Source: Octopus bimaculoides (taxonomy: Eukaryota). From it: 64,000 nt of DNA. A program made the position numbers and the translations under genes. The stretch covers positions 8,485,169 through 8,549,168 of the forward strand of contig NC_068994.1 in the NCBI RefSeq assembly GCF_001194135.2. Reading direction: 5' to 3'. Below the pieces are notes generated by a model. The model ran no database searches. It worked only from the letters and a program-made list of their open reading frames with translations, and had not been told where the DNA came from. Shown piece after piece: positions 50,259-62,977 of the stretch (position 1 is its first letter; every line of letters begins with the position of its first letter).

Positions 50259-50638
50259 TGTTGGCACTCCGTCGCTTACGACGTCGAGGGTTCTAGTTGA
50301 TCCGATCAACGGAACAGCCTGCTCGTGAAATTAACGTGCAAGTGGCTGAGCACTCCACACACACGTGTACCCTTAACGTAATTCTCGGGGATATTCAGCG
50401 TGACACAGTGTGACAAGGCTGACCCTTTGAATTACAGGCACAACAGAAACAGGAAGTTAGAGAGAGAAAGTTGTGGTGAAAGAGTACAGCAGGGTTCGCC
50501 ACCATCCCCTGCCGGAGCCTCGTGGAGCTTTAGGTGTTTTCGCTCAATAAACACTCACAACGCCCGGTCTGGGAATCGAAATCGCGATCCTATGACCGCG
50601 AGTCCGCTGTCCTAACCACTGGGCCATTGCGCCTCCAC
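50259..50638 (-). mobile_element. Family D tRNA-headed SINE, full length (~380 bp)
   Basis: Head ggaggcgcaatggcccagtggttagg..tttcgattccc carries boxes A and B. Highly similar to 57743-58092. Confidence 0.95.
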
Positions 50639-51204
50639 ATATATTATTCACTGCTTAATCAACTGAATTTTTCTCTCCCTGGGTTACCCTTAGGTGCTGG
50701 GCGTCTTTAAACCTTAGACAAGGAGACTAGTTCACTCGACATCAAAGCAATCTACAGTAGCCTCTGTGAGACATCCAGAAGCAAGCCTTCCTCCGAAGTC
50801 TCGTAAGCAACAGCTAACTGAAAGAATGTATAGTACACCAAAGTGGAATCAATCCTTCCTTTACCGATCTGACTTGAAATATTCAACGCCGGAATACCAG
50901 AAAAGAAGCATTACATTTACTGAGGTACCACGATAAATACGACCCGATGTAACGCCTTTTTACTCATTCACAAGGTTTAATCATTGAAATTTATCCATTC
51001 TGTAACACTAGCTACAAAGATTTTTCAATAGATCATATCACCACTAATATCTATGGTGAAGCTTGGTATTTATCTTAACCCTCGCTATTTGTCACACCGC
51101 TCAGTTACTGGATACAAAAATGAGATAAGATTATTTGGGCGGTGTTAACCTAAAGGCAAATATAAGACCAGCAGCTTCCAAACACAGACAGACAGACAGA
51201 CAGA

Positions 51205-51362
51205 CATCTGCAGGGAGCATCCTCGCAGTTTCTATCAACCAGTTTTACTCACAATGCATGATTATCCCGAGAATACCGTAAAAGACGAATAGCTGAAGAC
51301 TCGAACCCGAGACTTTGTGGTTGTGAAGCAACAACTTATTAACCTCAAAACTCATACATGCA
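51205..51362 (-). mobile_element. Family B SINE head, highly degenerate
   Basis: cagtttctatcaaccagttttactcacaa..gactcgaacccgagactttgtggttg..aagcaac. Confidence 0.55.
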
Positions 51363-52036
51363 CTTTGTCTGCGCTCACATTTTGGGTGAACTAGTAACTT
51401 TACAGTTTCTGTGAAGTAGTCAACTTGTTTTAAATCGTATACACATATATACATATACATACATACACACGTACATATACATATATATATATATATATAT
51501 ATGAATATATATATGCATATACATATACACACACACATACGTCCATACAGAGACATGCACGGATATACACATATATACATATAGGTGTATATCAATTAAT
51601 TTTCGTACCTGAAAGTGTTATGGCGTAATGGCGCAACAATGGTAATTACGTCTGGCCTTTTTATGGCTTGAGATAATTGAAAGATTTACATATCGAATTA
51701 AGAAGTCAATAGATTTGTAAATTTGTCTCAAGTTTAACTTCAACAAAACATCTCTCAATTACACAATGTCCCTACTGTTTAAAACGCCATGTTAAGTCTA
51801 TAAATTACCGATTTCTGAGTAAATAGATTAATTAATGGATAGTGAAATATATCTGCGAAAAGTGAAAGTAAAATTAACATTTCTCGGCTGGTAGCAATGT
51901 TTTGCTAATGACCTGGTGTCATACTATTCTGCTAGTGGTACGTTGATTATACACGCATGCTTGTTTGGTATATTTGGTGCCTTCAAGAAGTTCATACAAT
52001 ATTTCTCCTGTTCGGGGCACTTTAAAATTTCATTAA

Positions 52037-52210
52037 GAAGTGATAGTTGTGTGGTTAAAAACCTCTAGTTGCAACGATATGGTTTCCGGTTCAGTTCCAT
52101 CCACGGTCTGCGACACTTTTAGTCAATTTTTACTGTTATGTCGTCAGGCTGATTAATGCTTAGTGAATGGAGTTTTGGTCGACGGAAATTGTGTGGAAGA
52201 CCGTTGTGTA
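52037..52210 (+). mobile_element. Family B SINE head, highly degenerate
   Basis: gttgtgtggttaa..ggtttccggttcagttcca..tggtcgacggaaattg. Confidence 0.55.
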
Positions 52211-52385
52211 TATATATATATTATAAATTAACTACCAACAAAAGTAATTATAGTTTTTCTGGTGTTATATTTATTTCTGAAGATGTGTAAAGAAATTTTG
52301 ATTTATTAAGTCTCTTAATGAATTCTTTATACTGAAGAAGATAAATACATTCATTTGAATACATACGTTTTTGCGTCGTAACTCC

Positions 52386-52421
<36 letters not shown>

Positions 52422-53157
52422 NNNNNNNNNNNNNNNNNNNNNNNNNNNNNNNNNNNNNNNNNNNNNNNNNNNNNNNNNNNNNNNNNNNNNNNNNNNNNNN
52501 NNNNNNNNNNNNNNNNNNNNNNNNNNNNNNNNNNNNNNNNNNNNNNNNNNNNNNNNNNNNNNNNNNNNNNNNNNNNNNNNNNNNNNNNNNNNNNNNNNNN
52601 NNNNNNNNNNNNNNNNNNNNNNNNNNNNNNNNNNNNNNNNNNNNNNNNNNNNNNNNNNNNNNNNNNNNNNNNNNNNNNNNNNNNNNNNNNNNNNNNNNNN
52701 NNNNNNNNNNNNNNNNNNNNNNNNNNNNNNNNNNNNNNNNNNNNNNNNNNNNNNNNNNNNNNNNNNNNNNNNNNNNNNNNNNNNNNNNNNNNNNNNNNNN
52801 NNNNNNNNNNNNNNNNNNNNNNNNNNNNNNNNNNNNNNNNNNNNNNNNNNNNNNNNNNNNNNNNNNNNNNNNNNNNNNNNNNNNNNNNNNNNNNNNNNNN
52901 NNNNNNNNNNNNNNNNNNNNNNNNNNNNNNNNNNNNNNNNNNNNNNNNNNNNNNNNNNNNNNNNNNNNNNNNNNNNNNNNNNGGCCAAAAGTAAAATTTA
53001 ATATAAACACTGTAATCTTCTTAAAAACTGATTAAGAATAGATAAATATATTGTTTACGTCATAGTAATTAAGAAAATGCAAGAGACATGAAATAATTTT
53101 TTTTAAAGAGAGGAACTCGAAATAGATAAAGCTATAAATAATAACATGTAAATATTG

Positions 53158-53365
53158 GGTCTAAAAAGAGATTCGCCATGATAGATGGCTAGCCACTAAA
53201 CTTTTTTTATTTTCTCTCCTTGTTTATTTCTGTGTTCCTTTCTGTCGAAGAGCGTAGGTTCGAAACGTAAAAGACTCTCTCACATCCCAAGCGTTAAACT
53301 AATACATCTGTTTGTTGTTTACACACCTGTCTCCGTCTTTTTGTTTTTCTTTTTGTAAATTCTCA
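53158..53365 (+). mobile_element. Penelope-like terminal-repeat fragment containing a hammerhead-like motif (53237-53274)
   Basis: Aligns with 37206-37331. Motif CUUU-CUGUCGA-A-GAGC-GUAG-GUUC-GAAACGUA-AAAG. Confidence 0.6.
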
Positions 53366-54711
53366 CTCGAATAAAAGGAACTTGGATTGGGAAAAAGTCA
53401 AAGGCACATCTTATATATTTTTACACAAACTAGACGTGGAGTTTAATTACCAGAATCATTCAATTAAAAGATTAAAAAATATTTACCCGATGCTTAGAAA
53501 AAAGTAGATGAGCTCTAGAAATAGCAGCTCGGGTGATTTCATATCCCACTGGCTTGTTTTAAAAACGAGAAAGGTATATATGATAATATAGTGGCACGAC
53601 TGAGAATCGAACCACTGTTCAGGCGGGGTCTCCTCACAGACTTTGTATTAATACTTCCCAACATTGTTATGTATCATACCTTATAACTTAATTATTATAT
53701 ATTACATCATATCAGACCTCTGCCCCTCTACATTAACGACATGCGCCTTTTGCATAGTGTGTGTGTGTGTGCGTGTGCGTGTGTGTGTGTGATAAAATAC
53801 AGATATATCCTTATACATATATATGCACGATATATACACACACTTACATATATACGCATATATGTGTATGTTTCTAGACATATTTTTATATACACATTCA
53901 TGTGTGTATGTATATATGTGTGTACATGTATTTATGTACGTATATGTACAAACACACAGATGTCTGCATTTATACATACATAATACACACACATACAGAT
54001 GCATACACATATACATACACACATAAACTCATCAGGATTAAGAAATCAATGGTTCCCACTATGTCGTCAATCAGCGATGTATCATCACGCACGATCAGTA
54101 AATCCGAATTATTTATTGATGATCACACACAAACATCACCGATCATACCTACCAACCGACCAGCCAACCAATCAGCAATCCTCACTCCCCGATTATGTAT
54201 GCACGCGAAAGACGGTGTCTGCTTTCCTCTCTTGTAGGCTCTCACACACAATCTCTCTTCATATTTGACCACTAAAGTGTCGTTATGTTAACCCTTGACC
54301 GTTACGTCAAGTTCTTCTCGTACTTTCTGTATTTTGCTTTGTCGACGATATCTATAATCCACTACCAAGTTTTCTGCTCTCCTCTCGCATTTCTCTCCTG
54401 CCTCTCCTTTCACCCACTTAGTTTCTTCTTCATTTTCATATTCTCTCCTTTTTAAACTCAGTCCGTCTTCTTTTTTTTCCTTTATTATGTCCTTTTTCTT
54501 TCTTTCTTCTTGCTATTGTTATTTTCTTATCATAGTGGATGTTCTTGTTCTTCTCCTTCTTATCATTATTATTATTATTACTCTTTGAATTCAAAATTCA
54601 ATCATGTATTAAATCCACTCATGTATTAAGTGTCCAGTTTGTTTTGCCAAAACATTTACGTTGATTTTTTTAGAACCTTTTCAGTGAGCCAGTGACTCGA
54701 TATTCACTGAG

Positions 54712-54745
<34 letters not shown>

Positions 54746-54914
54746 GAAGGGCAGTCATTTGTTTTGAGTAGATCTGGTCTACAATGACCTCATATTTGGC
54801 TTTTCTCGGTTGTAATTACACTCGTGTTCATACCGTGAAGAAACTCGAGAAAGAAATAAAAAAAATTAAATGGCAATATCATCTGACATTGCTTAAGAAT
54901 AACACAGATATGTA

Positions 54915-54949
<35 letters not shown>

Positions 54950-55713
54950 TATATGTACGAAGGGCAACCATTTGTTTTGTATGTGTAATTATTGTTGCTT
55001 TCAACTGTAAATGGACAACGCAGTTTGTCTTTATGTGGGGAAACTAAATTCTAGTTAAATGTTAGCGTGTGTTGTTCAGTTACTCCTTCACGCAGTCAAG
55101 AGATACTTTCACTCATTAACTCAACCAACTACTATAGCTGTATTGATGAACCTTCTAATATTATCCCCTACGGATATATCCTGATAATGTTGGTGAAGAA
55201 GCACAACCGGCCTCTAACTGAAATTGACTGCACATTCAAATCAAACTCCAGTTTATTAATCATATTTCGAAGCCCGCAGAAGAAAATCGGCTGCATACAT
55301 CGGAAGAATTATAGAGCGAAAAATAAGTCATTACGGAAGCTTAGGCGTTACACATGCAAGAAACAGCGACCAGAGACATAATGCTATTAGGGAAGGCAAA
55401 AATACGCGTGAAGGAAGTGAAGCATTGCTATGCTCACATATATGTGAGCCTAGATGATAAATGAGCTGTGGCAATGTACGTATATGATAAATGATCTTTA
55501 GCCGCATGGTTATATTATAAATGAAACTGTAACACAAATTAGGAGTTGCTGAAAAATTCCCGGCTTTAATGGGGTCATGAAAGGCTTAATTGGAGGCCCA
55601 TCGTCCCGAGTTCTTTTACAGGGCTGAGACAAACTGAAGTACTACTGCAATAAGTGTGAATCTAGGAGGGTAACATATTAACATCATAATACATACATAC
55701 GTATGTATGTATG

Positions 55714-55993
55714 TATAGTTTTAGAGAAAAAACCAAAGATCATGAACTCATCCACGAAAATCCAGTCACGTATAGAGAATTAAGTAAATGCACGATAAAT
55801 AAGTATAATGTAAAAATCATAAGATAATGATAATATCGTATTATATGTTATTATTTGTTATCATAATCTTATGATTTTTACTTTGTATTATATTATATTT
55901 ATTTATCGTGCATTTACTTATTAATTTTCTCTATGTGACTGTGGATTTTCATGGAGTGGTTCATGAACTTTGGTTCTTTTCTCTAAAACTATA
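55714..55993. mobile_element. ~280-bp imperfect fold-back element (MITE-like)
   Basis: The left arm tatagttttagagaaaaaaccaaag..aaaaatcataagataatgataa is the reverse complement of the right arm, with several indels. AT-rich centre of about 25 nt. Confidence 0.8.
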
Positions 55994-56650
55994 TACTTAT
56001 ATATTTTATACTGTGAAACTTAATTTAATTTTAATTTTTGATAAATTGAATTTAATTAAGTTTTTACCTGTAAATTTGGATTTTTATCCCTAATATTATA
56101 TATATATATTATATATATATATAATAAGTGATTTTTTTCACCTTTTTGTAATTTTTTTCCTCACATCTTTCTCTCACCCNNNNNNNNNNCCCCCCATCTC
56201 ATCTCTCTCTATATATAGCGATGTTTTCATCCCTTTGAATGATAAATCATATTTTACCGAGTGACTAGGAGATATATAAGCTCTGAACTTGTGCTTATAT
56301 CGTAAATAATCTTTAGACTGAATGTTAAAAGAATATTTACATATGATATTCCACTATAATAAATAAAATGAATTAACGAATTTATTTTACATACCGAGAT
56401 GCTGATTGACGTTGCTTTATTTGAAGTAGTAATAGTAGTAGCAGTTGCCATGGTTGTTATCGAAGCAGTAGTAATAGCAGCAATAATAGTTGTGTTTACT
56501 CGTTGGTTGAAACTAGCCGACGGCTGACTAAAAGATCAAAGGCTTTCAAATCCATAACTATTTCTTCTTTTGTTGCACACACACACACACACACACATGC
56601 ATATGCACTCCAGGAAAGTAAATGCACACGAGCTCGCTTTTACTCTCTCT

Positions 56651-56852
56651 CTCTTTTACTTGTTTCAGTCATTTGACGGCAGCCATGCTGGAGCACCGCC
56701 TTTAGCTGAGCAAATCGTCCCCAGGACTTCTTCTTTGTAAGCCTTGTGCTTATTTTATCGGTCTCTTTTGCCGAGCCGCTAAGTTACGATCACGTAAACA
56801 CGCCAGTATCGGTTTTCAAGCGTTGGAGTGGGTGGGGGGAAAACACAGACAC
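56651..56852 (-). mobile_element. Family B SINE tail, broken at the internal microsatellite
   Basis: tcttttacttgtttcagtcatttgacggcagccatgctggagcaccgcc..gtaaacacgccagtatcgg. Confidence 0.9.
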
Positions 56853-56863
56853 ACATGCATATG

Positions 56864-56894
<31 letters not shown>

Positions 56895-56924
56895 GTTAAT
56901 GATTTTTGTTCCTTTTATGGATTT

Positions 56925-57010
56925 TTCCGTTTTTTCTTTCCGACGAAGAGCTTTAATTGAAACGTCTAAAGCGCTCTCTTTTCCCCAAGCTATTCAAACT
57001 AAGACATTCA
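56925..57010 (+). mobile_element. Third, more degenerate copy of the Penelope-like hammerhead-bearing repeat
   Basis: ctttccgacgaagagctttaattgaaacgtctaaag..ctctc..ccccaagc..aaactaa aligns with 53237-53305. Confidence 0.5.
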
Positions 57011-57062
57011 ATGTGCACTCCCTCTTGTTTGTTGTTATTTTTAATATATATATTTTAATATC

Positions 57063-57093
<31 letters not shown>

Positions 57094-57515
57094 AAATATA
57101 TATATATATCGATTTAAATAAGAGCTAAAATATGATCCATTGTATATATATTTGCGTCAGGGTGCTGCTTTTCTCACAGACTGTATAGTCGACAAAATCA
57201 AAAACAAACAACGTGCATGCACGAAATTAAAAAAAATATACAATGGCGACAATTTACCTCTCGCACCCTGTATATACTGAGTGAGGGAGGGAGGGAGAGA
57301 GAGAGAATTTATTCTTCCTTTATATATATACGTGTGTATATACACGTAGCTTATACATACAGACACACACATATAGGTATATATCCACATACGTATGGAT
57401 ATGAGAGTGTATGAACATCTGTATGGGTACCCGTGCCCATACATACGCACACCTTCGCACATGCACACTCACGTATTATACAGCACTGCATTGTATATTA
57501 TAATCAAAAAATCAA

Positions 57516-57722
57516 ATGCGCCTTTTTAAAGCCTAGCCAGGTTCATGGGGACGCCAGTCCATCGCAGCGTTACTCATTTTAGCCAGCTGAGCGGACTGGA
57601 GCAACATGAGATGAAGCGTTTTGCTCAAAAACACAACGCGTTGCCCAGTCGGTCCAGGAATCGAAACCAGAATCTTACGATCATGATGCTGACACCTGAA
57701 CCACTAGGCCACGCGCTTCCAC
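57516..57722 (-). mobile_element. Family E tRNA-headed SINE
   Basis: Head ggaagcgcgtggcctagtgg..gtttcgattcc, core ttgagcaaaacgcttcatctcatgttgctccagtccgctcagctggctaaaatgagt. Confidence 0.9.
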
Positions 57723-57742
57723 ATATATTATAATGTGGATAT

Positions 57743-58092
57743 TGTTGGCACTCCGTCGCTTACGACGTCGAGGGTTCCAGTTGATCCGATCAACGGAACA
57801 GACTGCTCGTGAAATTAACATGCAAGTGGCTGAACACTCCACAGACACGTGTACCCTTAACGTAGTTCTCGGGGATATTCAGCGGGACAAGGCTGACCCT
57901 TTGAATTACAGGCACAACAGAAACAAGAAGTAAGAGTGAGAGAAAGTTGTGGTGAAAGGGTACAGCAGGGTTTGCCACCATCCCCTGCCGGAGCCTCGGA
58001 GAGCTTTTAGGTGTTTTCGCTCAATAAACAGTCACAACGCCCGGTCTGGGAATCGAAACCGCGATCCTAACCACTGGGCCATTGCGCCTCCA
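57743..58092 (-). mobile_element. Family D SINE, near full length
   Basis: Co-linear with 50259-50638 apart from two small deletions. Confidence 0.95.
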
Positions 58093-58879
58093 CATATATT
58101 ATAATATCTTTTCTAAAACATTAACATATAATGTAAAGACAATTTAGTTGCTCTTTCTGAACCACATAACGAAGTGGTGTCGAATTCATAGCATATTGTC
58201 CGAAGCCAGTTGACAAAAGAATTCACTCTTGTTTCTTACATATCAGGCCACTCTATACAATCGACCTCTTTGGCTCGTTGATAATTAGTTGTAATTCAAG
58301 AATGGATGGTTCTGATTAAACTAATTAACCATATTGACTTGTGTAATTAAATAATTAGGTGATTAATGCTATTAAATATTGCCCTGCTGCAAATTTAATC
58401 AGCTAAAGTGATAGTAATCTGATTATCAAAGCAATCAAGAAGATGCTATCGTGTCGGCAGGTCAAACTGCGAGACATAACAGCGAAACCTCATAACAGTT
58501 GTCTGGAAAATAGAGGCATAAACCAGAAAATGTTGTCCATGCAAAGCAATGCGATAATTCTGGTTTGCATATCTTTGATCTGATAATGGAGACATGCTTA
58601 ACCATTGAGTGATCAAGGTCTGTAATTGAGTTTCCTCAAACAGAAGTAAATTCTTCCAGCGGGGCTATAATTTTTACCTACAAAGGGGTTAATTTTATGG
58701 ATGCCGGTTGTTTAATACTTTTCGTATTTTAAGTTTTATTAAAAAAAAAAACAAAAAAAAAACGTGAAGGTAAGAAGAATATTTGAATGTTCCAATAATG
58801 TCAGATCATGCGAAGTAACTGTTAGCTCATTAAGAGTCTTCTAAACAACGAATGCATCGATTAGTAATTCATTTTCTCT

Positions 58880-59092
58880 AAGTAACCCTTAACTTTTGGC
58901 CGCTGCAATTTCGAAGATTTATTTCCTCATAACTTACAAAATATTTATTCCATTCACTTGAAAATTTCACGAAAGTTAGATATTAGATATGTCTAAATAT
59001 GTGTAAAATATTTAGTCTCAATGTATTGTTAATCTGCTATAACTATTTCAATACAGTTGTTCTTAATGCCCCTTTTATCAAAACCGCTACTG
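58880..59092 (-). mobile_element. Possible Tc1-like DNA transposon terminal fragment
   Basis: The minus strand begins TA|CAGTAGCGG, a Tc1-type CAGT terminus after TA. No partner end was found. Confidence 0.25.
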
Positions 59093-59113
59093 TATATAAA
59101 TTCATATAATTTC

Positions 59114-59222
59114 CGTCTAAGAAATCCTCTCACAAGGCTTTGGTTGAGTGGAGGCCAAGAGTAGAAGACACCTTCCCAACGTGCCACGAAACTGAACCCG
59201 AAACCACGTGGTTGGGAAGCTG
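59114..59222 (-). mobile_element. Family B SINE head fragment
   Basis: ctcacaaggctttgg..agtagaagacacc..gtgccacg..ctgaacccgaaaccacgtggttgggaagc. Confidence 0.8.
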
Positions 59223-59576
59223 CATATAAATACTTGTTTTAATGTCGTATTCTGACCACAGTGGATAGAAAAACCTGTATTGTAAAATAAATCGTTATTT
59301 GCAGTGACTACAGCGAGATCTGGAACAATGATTTGGATATCTATTCTTGATCTCAATATTAGAAAAACAAGTAAGGAGTCGATATCCTCCACCATCATCA
59401 CTACAAGAACTGGAGACTGTTTTAGCTGAAGAATGAACAAAAATTCCTTTGGAAAAAATTCAAACTGTGTATGAGTCCATACCTCGTCGAATTCAAGCTG
59501 TAATTACTGCCAAAGGCGGTCCTACCCCATATTGAAATTTTAAGGCGTTTCCATTATCCTGTCCAGCCCATGTATG

Positions 59577-59625
<49 letters not shown>

Positions 59626-59876
59626 GTCAGACGGGAGGGACCTTGATGACTGCCATGAGGCAGGAATGTATACTAGTCCTTATATATTTAATACTCTATA
59701 TATAATACTCTATTTCATATATTCAATAAGACGTTCAATACTTCATTTCATTTTACTATTTATATTTTCCATATTCTATATCCCACATTAATTTTATAAG
59801 AATATAAATAAAACAAAAAAAAACAGACAGATTTGGAACTCTTTATATATATATATATGTGTGTGTGTGTGTGCAT

Positions 59877-59998
59877 GACGGGTTTCTTTCAGGTTCCGTC
59901 TTCCAAATCAATTCACCAAAATTTAGTCTACCCGGGTCGGGACTGAAGCTGAAACCATGTGGTTGGAAAGCAAACTTCTTACCACGCAGCCACGTTTG
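59877..59998 (-). mobile_element. Family B SINE head fragment with an internal deletion
   Basis: gacgggtttctttcaggttccgtcttccaaatc..gaaaccatgtggttggaaagcaaacttcttaccacgcagcca. Confidence 0.8.
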
Positions 59999-60436
59999 TG
60001 ACTATGTTTAAAAAAAAAAATCACTAAGATAATCATTCATTATATTGTTTAAACTATCTGATATATACATCTGTTCTCTGACATCTCTACAGGCTCTTTC
60101 CATCATACATTACTTATGGATGACATAAGACGCTTTGACCTCTATAGAAGCTAATATTGTAGTCCGTCTATCTAAATAAACATCTTCAGACTATAGATTA
60201 TCTATACTATATCTACAGGCTGTGCACTATCAACACAAACATCGGCAACACGGTGTGTATTGCGAAAAAACATGTGTAAACAGAAGCCTATGAAGTATGT
60301 GGTCGATTTATTTGTTGTCTTTAAACTGAAGGCAGTTTCGTACAGTCAGCCATAGAACAGCCAGCCATAGAACGGTCATACATACAGTCATTGACAGACA
60401 AACATACACATACGCACGCCTAAATGTATACATATA

Positions 60437-60475
<39 letters not shown>

Positions 60476-60717
60476 NNNNNNNNNNNNNNNNNNNNNNNNN
60501 NNNNNNNNNNNNNNNNNNNNNNNNNNNNNNNNNNNNNNNNNNNNNNNNNNNNNNNNNNNNNNNNNNNNNNNNNNNNNNNNNNNNNNNNNNNNNNNNNNNN
60601 NNNNNNNNNNNNNNNNNNNNNNNNNNNNNNNNNNNNNNNNNNNNNNNNNNNNNNNNNNNNNNNNNNNNNNNNNNNNNNNNNNNNNNNNNNNNNNNNNNNN
60701 NNNNNNNNNNNNNNNNN

Positions 60718-60760
<43 letters not shown>

Positions 60761-60810
60761 GACAGAGAAAAAGACACAGGGAGATGGAAAGAAAGAGAGA
60801 GAGCGAGAGA
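60718..60810. repeat. (GA)n microsatellite
   Basis: Direct reading. Confidence 0.9.
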
Positions 60811-61048
60811 TAGGCACAAACAGACAATAAGACACATACAGGCATACAGACAAAAAGAGATAGTTGGTGGTGTGGTTATATTAATATATACAATCGTGCT
60901 GGGTTCGAGTTTGTTTAACCAGTATATTTTGCGAGTATCTTGTGCGATTTTCTTATATTCACCAATATCTTTGGTATGGAATTTTCTAGCGATACACACA
61001 CACACACAGATATATATACAGGCTCGGTAGTTTTATGATAGTTTATAT

Positions 61049-61451
61049 CTCTTATGTTTTACTCGTTTCCGGCATTAAACTGTGGCCCTGCTGTAGCACC
61101 ACAATTTTAGTCTAACAAATCAACCCCAGTATTTCGTAATTTTTTAAAGCCTGGTACTTCTTCTATCGGTCTCTTTCTCTACCTCAAAATTACTGGGACG
61201 TAAACACACCAACGCCGGTTGTCAATCGGTGGTAGAGTGCAAATGCCTATAGAAAGACACGTGCACGCACACACGCGTACACACACAAAGACAGGCTTCT
61301 TTCAGTTTCCTTCAACCAAATCCAGTCAGAATGCTTTGATTGGGCCGTGGCTATAGTAGAAGCAACTTGCGCAAAGTACGACACAGAGGAATTGAACCCA
61401 GAATTATCTGGTTGGGAAGCAAAAATCTTCCTATACAGCTACGCTTCTGCC
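61049..61451 (-). mobile_element. Family B composite SINE, near full length, degenerate
   Basis: Tail, internal CA spacer, CORE-like region and head are all co-linear with the 43332 and 47195 copies. Confidence 0.85.
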
Positions 61452-62677
61452 TCTTATGTGATATAAACTGCACATTTATAAAATCTATATTTTAAAATTC
61501 CTCAAGAACTTTATAAAACTATATAGCCACAACATCCAGTCGCTGATGACTTGAACAATACCTCCATCAAATTCTTCATTTGGTGCTCATGGGATATCTT
61601 GACACATTCAACATACACATCCACACAGGCATACACGCGCACACACAGAAACACACACACACATACACCACACGATCCCACACTACACCATTCATTAACC
61701 GTTCCACTATAGTCTTAGCGAAATCTCCATGATGTGACAGCGGAAAACAGAGAGAGAGACAAAGAGTTGGGGAGAAAGAATGAGAGAGAGAGGAGTGGAG
61801 ATAGAGGATAAAGCACATTGTCTCTTTGGTGGTAATTTTCTACTTAACGACCGCGAAATGATGAAGGTTAAAAATTAACTTCGGCACTGCAAGAAATGTC
61901 CGGGATACGGAAGCATTAGTTCATTATGTGTCTCATCGGAATCCTGCGGATTCATAATATTTTGAGTGAGAACTGGTCGTAGGAAAATTTTTTTCTTCGG
62001 AAAACCATTTAATATTCGCCCCGAGGGCGATGGTATAATAAACATTGTAATTGCTTTCCATCGTAAAAGTTACTTTTCATCTATTTCTTTACTCAAAATT
62101 ATCTTTCATCACACGGGAATCAAATTTACTTTGTCTTCTTGTGGATCTGACTACTAAAACGTAGACATAAAAATATACGGTGGGATGAACCAGTATATCG
62201 TACTCAGGCTTTCGACAATTTATTTACATACGGCGACTATGAACAATCATAACTAACCAAAGTTTTACAACAATGAAAGCTAGTGCAAGGTTTACCCTAC
62301 TGAAATAAATTGACTGTATCTCTCACATAAAAGTTTGTTCTATAACCAAATAAGCGATTAATATTTTACGAATATCAAGGCGAATTTACATTACGCGGCT
62401 TCAGTCACATATTCATATAAATGCCTTTTATCCATATAATGCCTTTTGGAATTGTATATGGTTCGTACTTCATATTGTCTTCAGTAATACACTTAGAACC
62501 ATTGTATGTAATCAAAATAAATTGATTCATGGTATTTGTTTTGACGTTAATCATTCCACAAATGATAAAGTCACATCAAACTTCATATCTTTCTACTGCT
62601 TCAGTACATACTTAACAGATTTTTAGCGTAGCTGTTTTAGCGTAGCTAAATAAATGAGTCTCTCAACGAATAGTCTC

Positions 62678-62783
62678 GGGCATGACTGTATGGTCAAGAG
62701 TGTTGTTTTGTAGTCACTTGGTTTCGGGTTCAGTCCCATTGTGTGGAACTCATAGGAACTGTCTTCTACCACATGTATGTATG

Positions 62784-62846
<63 letters not shown>

Positions 62847-62977
62847 GACGAGGTTTCACAGTTTCCGTCTACCAAATTCATTCTCAAGCTATTAGTCGGC
62901 GTAGAGCTATAACAATACGGGCTGAATGTGAAACCTCGTGGTTGCAAAGGAAGATATTTAACCATGCAGTCATGTCT
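62678..62977. mobile_element. Two family B heads in opposite orientation (62678-62769 +, 62846-62977 -) separated by (TA)n
   Basis: gggttcagtccca..gtcttctac on the + strand; cagtttccgtctaccaaattca..gaaacctcgtggttg on the reverse strand. Confidence 0.7.

Noticed and set aside
50560-50638. tRNA gene calls at SINE heads (also 41854, 43332, 57650, 58020)
   Set aside because: Boxes A and B are present, but I could not form a full cloverleaf with an acceptor stem, and each continues into a multi-copy SINE body.
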